Shown here piece after piece: positions 1 through 10,990 of a stretch of 64,000 nt of DNA. This DNA is from Catajapyx aquilonaris (lineage: Eukaryota). A program made the position numbers and the translations under genes. Position 1 is the stretch's first letter, and each line of letters starts with the position of its first letter. The notes under the pieces are model-generated. The model did not search any database. It was given only the letters and a program-made list of their open reading frames with translations, and was not told the DNA's origin. Location of the stretch: contig KZ537990.1 of assembly GCA_000934665.2 (NCBI GenBank), positions 1-64,000 of the forward strand, read 5' to 3'.

Positions 1-73
1 GCGGATCTTCTGGCCAGAATGGCGGAATCTTCACAGGTGCAGTGGCGGCGGACGTCCGCTGTGGAGGAGCCAT
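1..73 (-). CDS. gag: Ty3/Gypsy retrotransposon Gag, N-terminus (runs off the window start)
   Basis: Minus-strand frame from the ATG at 73-71 reads MAPPQRTSAATAPVKIPPFWPEDP. VKIPPFWPEDP matches the V-K-[LI]-P-P-F-W-x-x-x-P motif at the start of invertebrate Gypsy Gag proteins. It lies just downstream of a PBS. Confidence 0.85.
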   Translation of the reverse strand, partial: MAPPQRTSAATAPVKIPPFWPEDP

Positions 74-97
74 CACTCGGCCGGTCGTCTGGTTCGG

Positions 98-115
98 ATC
101 ACGTCGGGGTCACCA
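98..115 (-). promoter_or_regulatory. Primer-binding site complementary to the tRNA-Trp 3' end
   Basis: Minus strand reads TGGTGACCCCGACGTGAT, the 18-nt tRNA-Trp PBS used by ALV/RSV and by CsRn1-clade Gypsy elements. It is 3 nt from a ...CA LTR end (+ strand TG at 119-120). Confidence 0.92.
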
Positions 116-118
116 ATT

Positions 119-796
119 TGGTGACCCTTTACGGAATCTCGTGTTGGCCCTGAAAAGGGCCGTTTCTAATGCTGGTCCTGAAAAGGACCGTTGACTGATG
201 TGCTGCTGCTGCTGCTGCGGCTGCTGCGTCTGCGGAGCTTGGAGGTCGTGCTGCCTGCTGCGAAGATCGGAGGTCGGTCGTCTCTGGTTGAAGGCTGCAG
301 ATGAAGTGAGGTGGCCCGTGCCTTGGTGCTGCTCTTTTATAGCCAAGGCACGGACCTTGTGGAGATCGAGGCAGAGTTGGCCGACTCTGGCCTTGACGGT
401 TTTTGGAGGGAAAAAAGAGCAAGGGACAGGATCGGTTTGGAGGACGATGGAGTCAGGGGACATTTGCCCGTGAGGTGACGCCGGCAGGGGATGGCTTGCC
501 TGCCGGGTCACCATAGGGCCAAGAACCTCCCCCGAAAGTGGAAATGCTCGTTTTGTTAGCCAAAGGCTTGGAGGAAGGTTAATCACCGACCATCATTTCC
601 CCTCGTCGTTTACGAGGGGAATTAGTAGTGACGCTGCTAGGAAATGGGAGGAGGCCAAAAAAAAATCCCGGAAGCCTGTACACAGATAGGCCCCGAGGAG
701 AAACTGCGGACATTACGGGTGTTACAGAGACAGTTGCGGTTGAAGTAAACACTGCACTTGGAGAGGTTGGACGCCCGCCGGACTCCTGATAAAACA
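119..796 (-). mobile_element. 5' LTR of a Ty3/Gypsy (CsRn1-like) retrotransposon; outer boundary approximate
   Basis: GC-richer block adjoining the PBS. The minus strand ends ...CA at 119 and has TATAAAA at 341-335. Candidate TG start at 796 (TGTTTTATCAGG) or 805, where composition shifts to AT-rich host DNA. The second LTR is outside the window, so the boundary and TSD are unverified. Confidence 0.7.
201..227. repeat. (TGC)n/(CAG)n trinucleotide microsatellite inside the LTR
   Basis: tgctgctgctgctgctgcggctgctgc; explains the poly-Q/poly-A/poly-C tracts in the overlapping spurious ORFs. Confidence 0.85.
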
Positions 797-3700
797 AGGG
801 ACACATGAGGAATGTTGTCCCGCAGAGTGAACCTCATTTGAATTTCAGGAAGGAATAACACTGTACATTTTAATCCTTGTGCGCGCCTCAAGATATCTGC
901 CTATAAATAGTCCTCTACATGAACTGTAATGTTTGAGAGCGCTTTCACTGTTGGCATATCCCTCAGATGTTCAAGTTAAAAACAACGTAACCCCCTAGAA
1001 TTTAAAAGAGCTGCTATATATCCACTAACCACATACATCTCCTAACAAAGCTGGCATAGGGGTAATGAGAAAATAACTGCGGTTGGGTGCAGAATGTAAT
1101 CTGGCTCAAAAGGAGACCACTTGGAAAATTCTCACTAGCTAAATTGTTTCATTCAAAATTCCTACATGTAGACCACTCGTCCTCTGAGTCTCCTTTTTGT
1201 GGCCAGTGATGTAGGAATGTCCTTTCTCATTTTTTTAGATGGGGTAGGTGGGGAATGTGGCATGTGTTTGTCCAGCTAATTGGGCGCGTTTGTAGCCGGA
1301 CACTGCTTTGCCCTGATTAAAGGCGGGGTTGTCACATTTTGAGGGCCGGATTCTTATTAAGAAACGTTTGCTCATACTCATGGATTTGCGAAACGACCGA
1401 TCCACCTAGAAGCAATTTGCTAATGAGATTTATAGGGCAATGCAATTAATGGCTTTGCTTTGAATATCAACAAAACGTTCATTCCAACCATGTGCTGTAC
1501 CATCAGTGTAATGGACCAGACACGTCGGAAGAGGATGATAATTGCAGGTGAGAATTACACTTCAAACAGGTGTCCCATAAAAAAGTTATTTGAATTTATG
1601 ATCCTGGTAATTAATATTTGCTCCCAAACTTTTTGACATGATTCCTACTCCCCTCTAGTTTTTCGCAAAAACCATCACGGGTTGATTATCACGAGCCAAT
1701 TAAGCTTTGAAAAATCAATTACCTGGCAGGCTCATTACCTTTACCTGCTGCACCAATTTCCTTCACAGGCAGTACACCTAGAATACTAATGAGCAACAGC
1801 TCCTAAATTAACATGATCCTAAATAAATCATAGTAATGATTAATCGTTAGTCCAAATAGCAATCATAGGAAAGTGTAAAGAAAACGTATATGCAATATTT
1901 AGAGACTTCAGGATTTATTTTGCATTAACTTGATGTTTCATAATTAAAGACAACATTAACATGCTAGTGCTTCGTTTCAGCATAAAGCAATAATAATTCT
2001 GCAGTGATTACTACAGGAAAGTTTCATAATAATTACTCGAGAATAAATTCATGAAATACTGCAAATCGCATATTAAATGCCTCATTGAGGTTGTAATTAA
2101 TTTGATATAATTGTTACTACATTTTGCTTAAATCATGTAGGGTACTTCATTCATTAGGCGTACCGATAGGAGTTGAACCGAATGACAAATGAGCAGTAGT
2201 TCAGAATTAAATTTGCTTAATAGATGACTTTGTGCTCAATTATAGGGTTGCATAAATTGTTACACATTCACATTAAATATTCATCTTCAACAACCAAACA
2301 GGAATCAAAGCACTAGTCAGTATGTATGTTACAATGAGAGCACGTAGTTTACCATCAAGTGAACAAAATAATGTGACATTCATTCCGCAAAATCCTATTT
2401 CCCCCACAAAATTTACAGTCAGTGGTGGTATAGCATGCTACCAAAAAGTGACAAATTGGTAGCAGAGACCATACAACCACGCTTGTAATCTACGGTCATA
2501 TGGAAGAGTAATTTCATATGCCACTTTGGTGGGTCCATCCGTGTTAAAATAATGTCCAGGCACAGCACATCTAATTATTACAATATTTTTTTGGTGTTTT
2601 GACATCATATTGCTTTTCCTATATTTTAGGCTGATCGTTTGACCATGCTTATATACGAGTCAGAATAATCCGGTGGGTTTAATGCGCAAGTTTCTTAAAC
2701 AGCAATCCAAAGGTCCTGAACCGAATGGAATCGAATTTCGGTTCGGTTCGTTTGCGGCGCGACGGATAAGCGTGGAATTTAATTTTGCTGGACTGACTCT
2801 TGTGAGACGCGCCGCTCCGCAGTCTCGTTAAGGAAGCCCTTGCCTTTTAACCTGAACTTCTATTTTTTTGTATGTATGTGTGCCGCCCCCCTTTATTGGT
2901 CTGACCGAGTCCCAAAGACCACTCGAAAAGCCCCCGGTTTTTTGGGGGGGCCATACAGACCAGTCCTCCCTGCACACAATGGCGTCAGATTCTGGCCTAA
3001 TGGCAGCCGGTTTTTGGTGTCAGATAGCTAGCTAGAGACGCCCGGCGCTTATGCCCCCCTTTCCAGATAGAGTTGGAAGAGAAGGAGGGGGGGCTAATTG
3101 GATAGCTCCACGATTGGCTGCTTGTCTTTGGGGCCGCCCTGATTATCTCTTATCGCTACGCCACCTCGTCCGCACTTTGCTGGGGGAAACCATTCCAGAC
3201 GAGAAAGCTGCTCAACTGCTTGCCACATAAGCTCATCTGGGGAGATTATGCCCCAAGAATATTATGTAAGGACCACCCCAGCTCAAATTCTGATACTCTC
3301 GGTGCTGTATGAATAAAAATGATGTTGTTCAGGTTAATAAGCTAAAAACACTTTTGCAAGCTCCGGATATATATTCTTCCTGAAAATGAAAAGTCTACTG
3401 GAAACACCAGAACGAATAGAGCTCCATCATGCTGATCCTCTCTGCGTTTCTCTACAGAAGAGAACCACTAACAAAATTGACATTTCATCCAAAAAGCAGC
3501 AACTTCTGTGTAGATGAGGAAATTCCTGGCTCGTTATTCTGAGTCTACATTAAGAGGGAAGGGGGTTTTATATATACTCCAGAATTTTTATACCTTTCTC
3601 GAGGGGCATTGTGGTTACAGAGGGGTAGGGAGGAAGGGGGGGTAAAACGTTCATTTTTTTGTGCGGAAAGTGCGATTTCACGCTGAGGAGCTCAACCGAA

Positions 3701-4534
3701 CAATCCTTGTAATCCCGAGGGATTGTCTGGATTTTCCCGGACGACCTGATCTTTCCGCGATGTAGGCCAAACCGGAAATCTCCTGACTCAGACATTTTCC
3801 ACACTAAAGCTATTTGGAGAGTCACATAAAAAAATTCCATACCTTTCCCACTCCGAATTTTATCCGGGTCAGAAAAAAAATAATTGTGACGATTATTATT
3901 TCCCGTCAAAGAAATTTTTTGGGAAAATCGTTCAATATTTTTTACACATGCAACCTACCTATATCCCCGAGATGTTAAAAGGTTGTGTTAAATCAGACGG
4001 AAATTGGAATCTCCCTGGGGGCGAAAAAAATACCAGGGGGTGAAATGCAGGCAGACGGCACATAAATTAGGGTCATAAAACACAGGTCAGTGGAATTTAG
4101 ATCGCGTCGGGTACGGGAACAGCACGTTGGACGCATTGCCTGATTTATAGTCACACAGACCCCGCCGGTTATTGTGGACGCGACGAGACGTGGTCAAATA
4201 TCCTGTGTTTTGAATTTTACGCCGAAATATTCAGGCACCATAATTATCACCGTCTTCATATGCCTCTCCAATTCGAAAGTACAGTACATCATGTGTTAAA
4301 AATGTCATACACTGACATTCTATACATTGACACTTTAAAATGCATACTGAAAAAATTCTCCAGCTGCAAAATTATACTGTACTACAGTGTTATGGTTGTA
4401 TGCTTCAGACTACTGCAGAAAAAGTGTGTTGCACTGTATAAATAAAATTCTAAAAAAATCATAAGCACAATTAAAAGAACAATAATAATAGAAAATAAAA
4501 GAACACAATCATGTAGGCTAACAAAATTATAATA

Positions 4535-4710
4535 AACCAATGAAAACATTAGATAATTAAATCAGTGACAACATTAGGTAATTAAATCAGTGACAACATT
4601 AGCTAATTGAACCAGTGACAACATTAGCTAATTGAACCAGTGACAACATTAGCTAATTGAACCAGTGACAACATTAGATAATTAAACCAATGAAAACATT
4701 AAATAATTAA
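4535..4710. repeat. 25-bp minisatellite, ~7 copies
   Basis: Unit ~ACCAGTGACAACATTAGCTAATTGA repeated head-to-tail; central copies identical, outer copies diverged. Confidence 0.95.
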
Positions 4711-4983
4711 AATAATAAACATTATTAAACTATAGAAACAGTTTCAAAGTTATTAGGTGTAGATGCATTAAATAAACCCTTTATGATTGTATTTCATGCA
4801 TTTTAAATAAATTTTCAGCGATACTTCCAGTCTTCTGTGTATAAAAGTGATCGTTTTTTAAAAAACACGCCATCGAAGATCTTTTTCTTTTCAAAAAAAC
4901 AAACCCCTCCCCAAAAAAAGCCAGGAAGAAGAGGCTCAAGTTTTAGCGATGGGTCGAAGCGATGCCTTCAATTTTTATGTCCC

Positions 4984-5100
4984 TCCACATGTCAGCAGCA
5001 ATAAAGCCGGACTCCCCGTTTTGCGATCTTTTCTCCTTAAAGATTTTGCGCATTACCGTCCCGGAGGGTTGCAATTCCTGTCGACCGGAGTCTCGTAAAT
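4984..5100 (+). promoter_or_regulatory. Recurrent non-coding module A, copy 1 (diverged)
   Basis: Shares TCCACAT, GCAATAAAG, GTTTTGCGATC, GTCCCnGAGGGTTGyAATTC and CTCGTAAAT in order with 10874-10990 and 39819-39933. Confidence 0.65.
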
Positions 5101-5927
5101 CCGGCACGACTCTCCAGCTTCTCAAGACGACTATCGGAAAACTATACTGCGGAAAGGTTAAAAGATCAGCGACCTCTTGCGGGAATTCCTAGTGTCACTC
5201 CGATGGCCTATACGACTAATTCTCTGCACTGCAAACGCCTGTCTCTTGCAATTACCATCCAGATGCGTGTACAATCTATAAGCAATATTCTGTATACAAA
5301 CATGTCACTTATTTTTAAAAAAAATTGGCAGCTTCATATATATGAAAGCAGTTATTTTTGAACAGCAATATTAGCTGCTAATATTAGATCGATCGGAACA
5401 ATCGTTTAAACCTATTTATAGAAGGATATAGTCATATCACTGACAATAAATTCCAATGAGTATTTTTTTTAGATAGTACACTGCTGCAGTTTGGTAAGCT
5501 TACATGACTAAATAACTGCCATTAACGGTAGTATAAAGTGCGGTACTCTATTGGACCGTATACAATGCAAACAATTCCACGGATGTTGACGCAAACCATG
5601 AAACCATTGGTCCGGGAAATGAAAGTTCCCGTAATTAAGTCAGATAACCGTGGAGAAGTGGTAATTGGCTATTGTGTATATCACAAACCTCGGCCCAGGT
5701 TAATTACAGGCCGTCATTTTCCATTTTACGAGGAAATTAGGAGTGACGCACTAACTGGCAAGGAGGATGAGGGGAAAATGAATCTGCGGATTGGTGAGCT
5801 CCGGAACCGACCCAACCGGATATAATTGCCGGTTGATGTTTTTTTTTTTTTAAAATTCAACAACCGTTGCGGTGACGGACAAGGGAGTAGCCAGAATGAA
5901 TGCTCAAGGACAAGAAGCTGAATGGTC

Positions 5928-6250
5928 AGAAGTGAATAATATTTTATGCAACTCACAAATCATTAAATGATCTGCCAGATGCATAAAATTATCCACTTCA
6001 ATAGATAACTGATTTGAGAAGTCCATAATATTATGCACCTCACTAATGATATGTGAGATGCATAATATTATGCACTTCACTAGATAAAATTTATCTATAA
6101 ATTTATTATGCATATTACAGATCATTTATCTATAGTGAAGTGCATAATATTATGGATTTCACAAATTATTTATTTGGTGAATAAGTGCATAATTTTGTGC
6201 AGCTCACATATCATTTATCTAGTGAGGTGCATACTATTACGCACTTGCAC
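5928..6250. repeat. Degenerate foldback minisatellite built on the palindrome GTGCATAATATTATGCAC
   Basis: About 7 variant units. Orientation flips near 6090-6100 (GCATAATATTATGCACTTCACTAGATAAA vs TTTATCTATAGTGAAGTGCATAATATTATG). Confidence 0.75.
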
Positions 6251-7437
6251 TTTCGTTTAGTACGTAATAATCATAACCAGTCTAGTACTAAAAGGCATAA
6301 AAATGTGCAGTTCTAATGTGTTCAGTAAATAATAGTAATCCAAGAAGGTGTACTGTGCTGTAATAATAAACGCACAGTATTCATTTAGCCTATATTCGCA
6401 ATTTTGCATTGTCCCAACTATATATAGAAAGATGGAAACGGTGACTTCCCCCAGGGTTATGCTTGCTAGATGAATGGGCCACACAGGGCCATCTGCCAAT
6501 TCCGCATTATTCTGCCTACATTACCCGAGCAAGTTATTTGCTTTATGGCAATGCTGCACATCTAGCACCCTCGGGTGACCGTTCCTTTAATATAGACCGG
6601 GCCTAACACGAATTCGCCTCGGGCCATTTCACTGTTTTAGAGGTCATTTACTATTCATAGCCCCCCTGCACGTCTCCTCCAAAATCCGGATTTAGGAGCT
6701 GTCCATTTGCGCCTGCAGGGCTCCCCCAGTAACTTGCTACAGTACAATCTTGTGTGTCGTTCAGGTGCGTCTAACATGGTAGCCAGACTGCTTTAATATT
6801 TGCATAACTCTGTTATTCTCCGGGCAAAAAATAAATATGAGAATGACCCGCTTTACTGAGCTTTTATTATTTAATTATGTTAATTAGGCAGTGTCATTCA
6901 GGCGTGTTTTTATGAGCACTTGCGTATGTATTGCGCGGTGTTACCTAAGAACAAAATTAGCACTTTCCATTTGCGTCGGGTGGTCTCTATGGGATGAAAT
7001 ATTTAAGGGGCTCGGGTCAAGAGTTTTAGGTCGAGAACGCATTTACCGCTGGTTCCCATTACTGCAAAATGAAAATGCTAAAACGAGGCATGAAGGAAGT
7101 TTATTGGCCGGGCCTGAAATCGACGTTTTTTTTCGGGGGGATTTGAAATAAATGTACCGTGTAAAATAGCCTCGTAAAAAAAAAGCGCGCGCCTGCCCAC
7201 GATGTGCTTTGTCATGTGTACAATGAAATATTCGATGTAGGCCTAGAGGCTCGGCGATCAAAATTTTATGAGTGGATACGATGGAAAGGAAAAAAATATG
7301 CGTCCAGATTTGGCTGGAATATTTTATCAGAGCTACATAAAACATATTTTGAACAGTGGTATTACATTTTTAAATATTAAAAAACAGGTTTGAACAAACA
7401 GTCTTAGCTTAGTTAAGAAATTCTGTCTTAACATTTT

Positions 7438-7508
7438 TGAAGGGCTCGGGAGAAAAACGTGTTAACGACTCCACTGACAGTTAACATGTTTTTCTGCCGC
7501 GCCCTTCA
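7438..7508 (+). repeat. 71-nt hairpin (29-bp stem, 13-nt loop): mini-MITE or pre-miRNA-like
   Basis: TGAAGGGCTCGGGAGAAAAACGTGTTAAC pairs with GTTAACATGTTTTTCTGCCGCGCCCTTCA at 27/29 positions including one G:U. Confidence 0.7.
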
Positions 7509-8644
7509 TTTGGTCCAAGGAGGTGCCACTTGGTTCTGTTGATGAGAAATGGTTTCCTATCAGAGTCTATATAGTCCAAGGACCGGTTCAATAGCCTCTT
7601 TCAAGACAGTGTCGGAGCGGGTCGATTGCGTAATACCCCAATTAGGACCAGGCTAATTCCACTGAAGGGAAACGGATCCTGAAGAGGAAGGAAAAGCCGG
7701 CAGAATAATTGCGATAATTGTGATTGCCGTCGGTGCTGGTTTTCATCGACATTTTGTAGCACATTACACATGTGAGGGTCGTTAAACTGCAATTTTCTAA
7801 AGTCCAACCTGGTCTCCAATGGGAAGAAAAATAATCCTTGGTGAAATGTAACGCTCTCTTAAGCAACACCCATTTGAAAACATTAACTAAACGGCCTTTA
7901 ACAAAATGGTTTCTAAATCAATAGTCCATTTTGGGACCTCCCAGTGCCCCATTGTCTGAAGCGAGTGTAACGAAACGGGATCCGGTCATGGACATAGCAG
8001 TGGTCTGTTCAACTTCCCTTGACCGCCGCAAATACTGGTGGAAGCCCAATCTGCAAAGTGGTTTTGCATCAGTCTCCAACGGGTGGCCATTTCACACGCT
8101 GTAAATGGAGCCATTTGTGTCAAAAGCAGATCCAGCAATGCAGCTCAAGTCAGTTGCTCCAAATGTATTTTGCAAGGAGAGGAAAACCGTTTAAACCCTT
8201 TGCATATAGTCTGTGATCAAACTTACATGTTGTAAAATTAGCAGTGGCTGCAAGTAGCTTAAGTAGTGTAATATATAGAAGGTAACCCCGGCTGCTTCAA
8301 AACATGGTGTTTCATCCACATATGAGCTGGTTACAGTATATGAAGGAGGCTGGAATGTGGTGGTTCTTAATTAGCCAGCACTCCACATTAATGAAAGCCC
8401 CTCCCCACGTAAGTCTATATACGAAACCTTATTAAATGCATGGCGATGGTATATTCTTCAGAGCGAAATTTGAAGTCTAATATGAAATACCGGGCGATAT
8501 AATGAACGATCCAGTATAATGAAATAAAAAAACCTCAAACATCTCCAGGATATAACCCTAATAAGGGCGGTTTAATAACACACTGGATAATTAATATAAT
8601 CAAAATCTGTGATATGAACAGAATTTGTCTAAGAATATATTTTT

Positions 8645-8711
8645 TCTTCACGTGATTCGAGGATCGAACTCGGGACCTCAAAAGGTAAAGAAGGTCTAGC
8701 CACACAACACC
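8645..8711 (-). mobile_element. Possible degenerate tRNA-derived SINE head
   Basis: Minus strand has an A-box-like GGTGTTGTGTGG, then a B-box GAGTTCGATCC ~30 nt later. No cloverleaf. Confidence 0.3.
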
Positions 8712-9775
8712 AGGTCCTTCCTCTTCCATCTCTATTGGTTCATTAACACGACTGGACACTTGTATTGTCTCGTGGCCTCGATTTGAGATCGATTTTCGAT
8801 ACCCTTGGAAATGAAAGCCCACAACGACGGGCTTCCCACGTTTTCGTTTTTTGTGCAGCACCCCCCGCGGTTCTGAGCAGCCATCAACGACATCAATGCT
8901 TCGGGCCCAGAAAAGTGGTAAAAGCTTCTTCCAATTTCGCCGAAGAGAAGTCCCCCCCAGCTCTTTTATCCAAGGTGGCCAGTCGGTTATCACTTATCTG
9001 CCATTGTGAAAGACAATCCCTTTCCCTCAACATTTATAAATAGATCCTCCATGCTATACATGGATAGCATAACAAGCAGAACAGTCCCTACGACAACACG
9101 TATAAATAGTATCCAATTGTCTCATTTACAGATCCGAAATTTTGCTAGAAAAAATTGATAGACTATAGTGGAAACTTTTAGCATTATTCGTCATTCAAAA
9201 AAGGGTTCAAATCAGCCCAAATTTTCTGCCAAAAAAATTAATAATTACCCAGCTAGTTAACTTCTTGTTTTACGTTCATACAGTACCTGTACAGTGCAAT
9301 GTAGCCTATTGATCTTTTCCAGAATTGCCATAAAACTTTTCTCCAGAGCTCCATTTTTTTTTCTTCTTAACATTACTTCCGCAGAAGTGGCTTAGGGTAC
9401 TGCTTGGACGGCTTCGCAAAGTTCAGTTCATTACCTCTCCAATAACGTGGGGGGCGAGAAAAGAAGAAGAAAAAAAAGAGAGAGTAAATGATGAAGGCGG
9501 AAAAATAGTGACTTGCTGAACTTCCTTTTGGTTAAAATTGGTGCCTTGGGGGAGAACTCAAGCAGTAAATATATCAGAAGGCTTTTTTCGCCTTGGAAAA
9601 TATTCTTTCTAATCTGCGAAAAAATTGCAAAATATTTGTGCAAAATGTCTTTACACAAGTGGTGCGTAGATTTGCTGGTTATGAATCACTTTTCTTTCCG
9701 CCAGACAGGTTTACCTGGAGGCTTGTTTAGGTATATAAAAAAGAGAGAGCTGGAGGGATAAAAATCCCCTGTGGA

Positions 9776-9904
9776 ACTTTATAGACGGGCGTTAGAACCT
9801 ACTTCCCTTGCAATATTAGCCCTAACTCTGCAGAATCCCATAGGACCATTGCAGTATGCTATCCTTGCTGCGGACACTAATTGGAACATTTTGCATCACA
9901 TTCC
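9776..9904 (+). promoter_or_regulatory. Recurrent non-coding module B, copy 1
   Basis: Aligns over ~130 nt with 39388-39516 (identical blocks GCAATATTAGCCCTAACTC and the 27-nt CGGACACTAATTGGAACATTTTGCATC) and with 37540-37661. Confidence 0.8.
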
Positions 9905-10014
9905 CCTCCCTATCTTTCCGTAACTTACTGCCTTAAAAGGTCCCACATAAAAGTTCGGCATAAAAATGCTGGTAGCTTGCTCGTATATCAAGTGAATGAA
10001 TTTTTTCACTTTAA

Positions 10015-10369
10015 ACGGTACAATCATCGCATCACTTCTGATACATATTTTGCAATAATTGATCACCTGTGAATCTGAATTTTAATAATGTTTATCATTG
10101 CATAAGCAGACGTTATTTGAAACTATATTTTCAAGAAATGTCTGTCTTATGTAATGAAATAAATTCATTAAAATACATAGGTGATTAATAGTGGCAAAAT
10201 GGTATCAGGACTTTTCGCCCCCGCCGTTTCGCCCCCGGAATATTGGCCCCCGTGACAATTTCGCCCCCGTGGCATATTCCACTTCGAAGCATATACGCTA
10301 AACGACGGGGGCGAAAAGTCCGAGACCCTTGCAAAATATGTATCAGAAGTGATGCGATCATTGTTTACC
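10015..10369. mobile_element. Palindromic MITE flanked by TTAA (Kolobok/piggyBac-like), interrupted by a nested insertion
   Basis: TTAA at 10011-10014 and 10370-10373. 30-nt perfect inverted repeat ATCGCATCACTTCTGATACATATTTTGCAA. The arms keep pairing inward to a centre near 10117-10134 once 10201-10328 is removed. Confidence 0.75.
10201..10328. mobile_element. Small Mutator-like non-autonomous element with TTCGCCCCC subrepeats
   Basis: TIRs GGTATCAGGACTTTTCGCCCCCG / CGGGGGCGAAAAGTCCGAGACCC. Apparent 9-bp TSD TGGCAAAAT (10192-10200) / TTGCAAAAT (10329-10337). Confidence 0.7.
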
Positions 10370-10873
10370 TTAAAATTTTCAGGGCAACATATTTCATGGG
10401 GGCAGTATTTTGGTGCGGCCCAAAAACAGTGCAACAACACTCAAGTTAATTACCAGTGCATGGAATGTACCTGGCCTTTTTGCAGTCTCTCCTGTAAGTG
10501 AAGTCAGTCCGTCAAGTTGATGCTTGCGATGTCGTGACGGAGTTCCCTTTCCATTAGGATGAATGGAAAAGGCGCCACGGACCCGTTCCTCCCAAATGAA
10601 AAGCACAGCTCGGATTAAATGAGTCTCCTCTCGCACTGCATTAAACAAATGTACGGCTGCTGCTGGATGCAGGAAACGTCCGGACCCTAATCTCCAAGAA
10701 TTGTATGGTCCTATCTAAAGACTGCGAACATGCATTTTTGTCCAGCTTAAGCTTTGAAAATGGAAGACCAACTTGGGGAGGCGAAACTCTAGGCAATGAT
10801 ATGTGGTCATGTAGGACGGGGAAAATAAAACTGGTTGGAGTGCCAGTCACATACACTTGAATAGAGACTTCCT

Positions 10874-10990
10874 TCCACATATATGTCGGCTGCAATAAAG
10901 TCCAGCTAGTTTTGCGATCCACTCAGTGAAAGATTCGGGAATTATTGTCCCTGAGGGTTGTAATTCTTTTCTGCGGAAGAACTCGTAAAT
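10874..10990 (+). promoter_or_regulatory. Recurrent non-coding module A, copy 2
   Basis: 10892-10971 matches 39833-39912 ungapped at 73/80 nt. The spacer before CTCGTAAAT differs by a non-multiple of 3 between copies. Confidence 0.8.

Noticed and set aside
110..586. 158-aa minus-strand ORF and overlapping ORFs with poly-Q/A/C tracts
   Set aside because: They lie within the LTR and derive from a CAG microsatellite. The frame stops at the PBS, and Gag starts at the ATG at 73.
4535..4710. CRISPR-like array
   Set aside because: Head-to-tail repeats without unique spacers, in a eukaryotic context.
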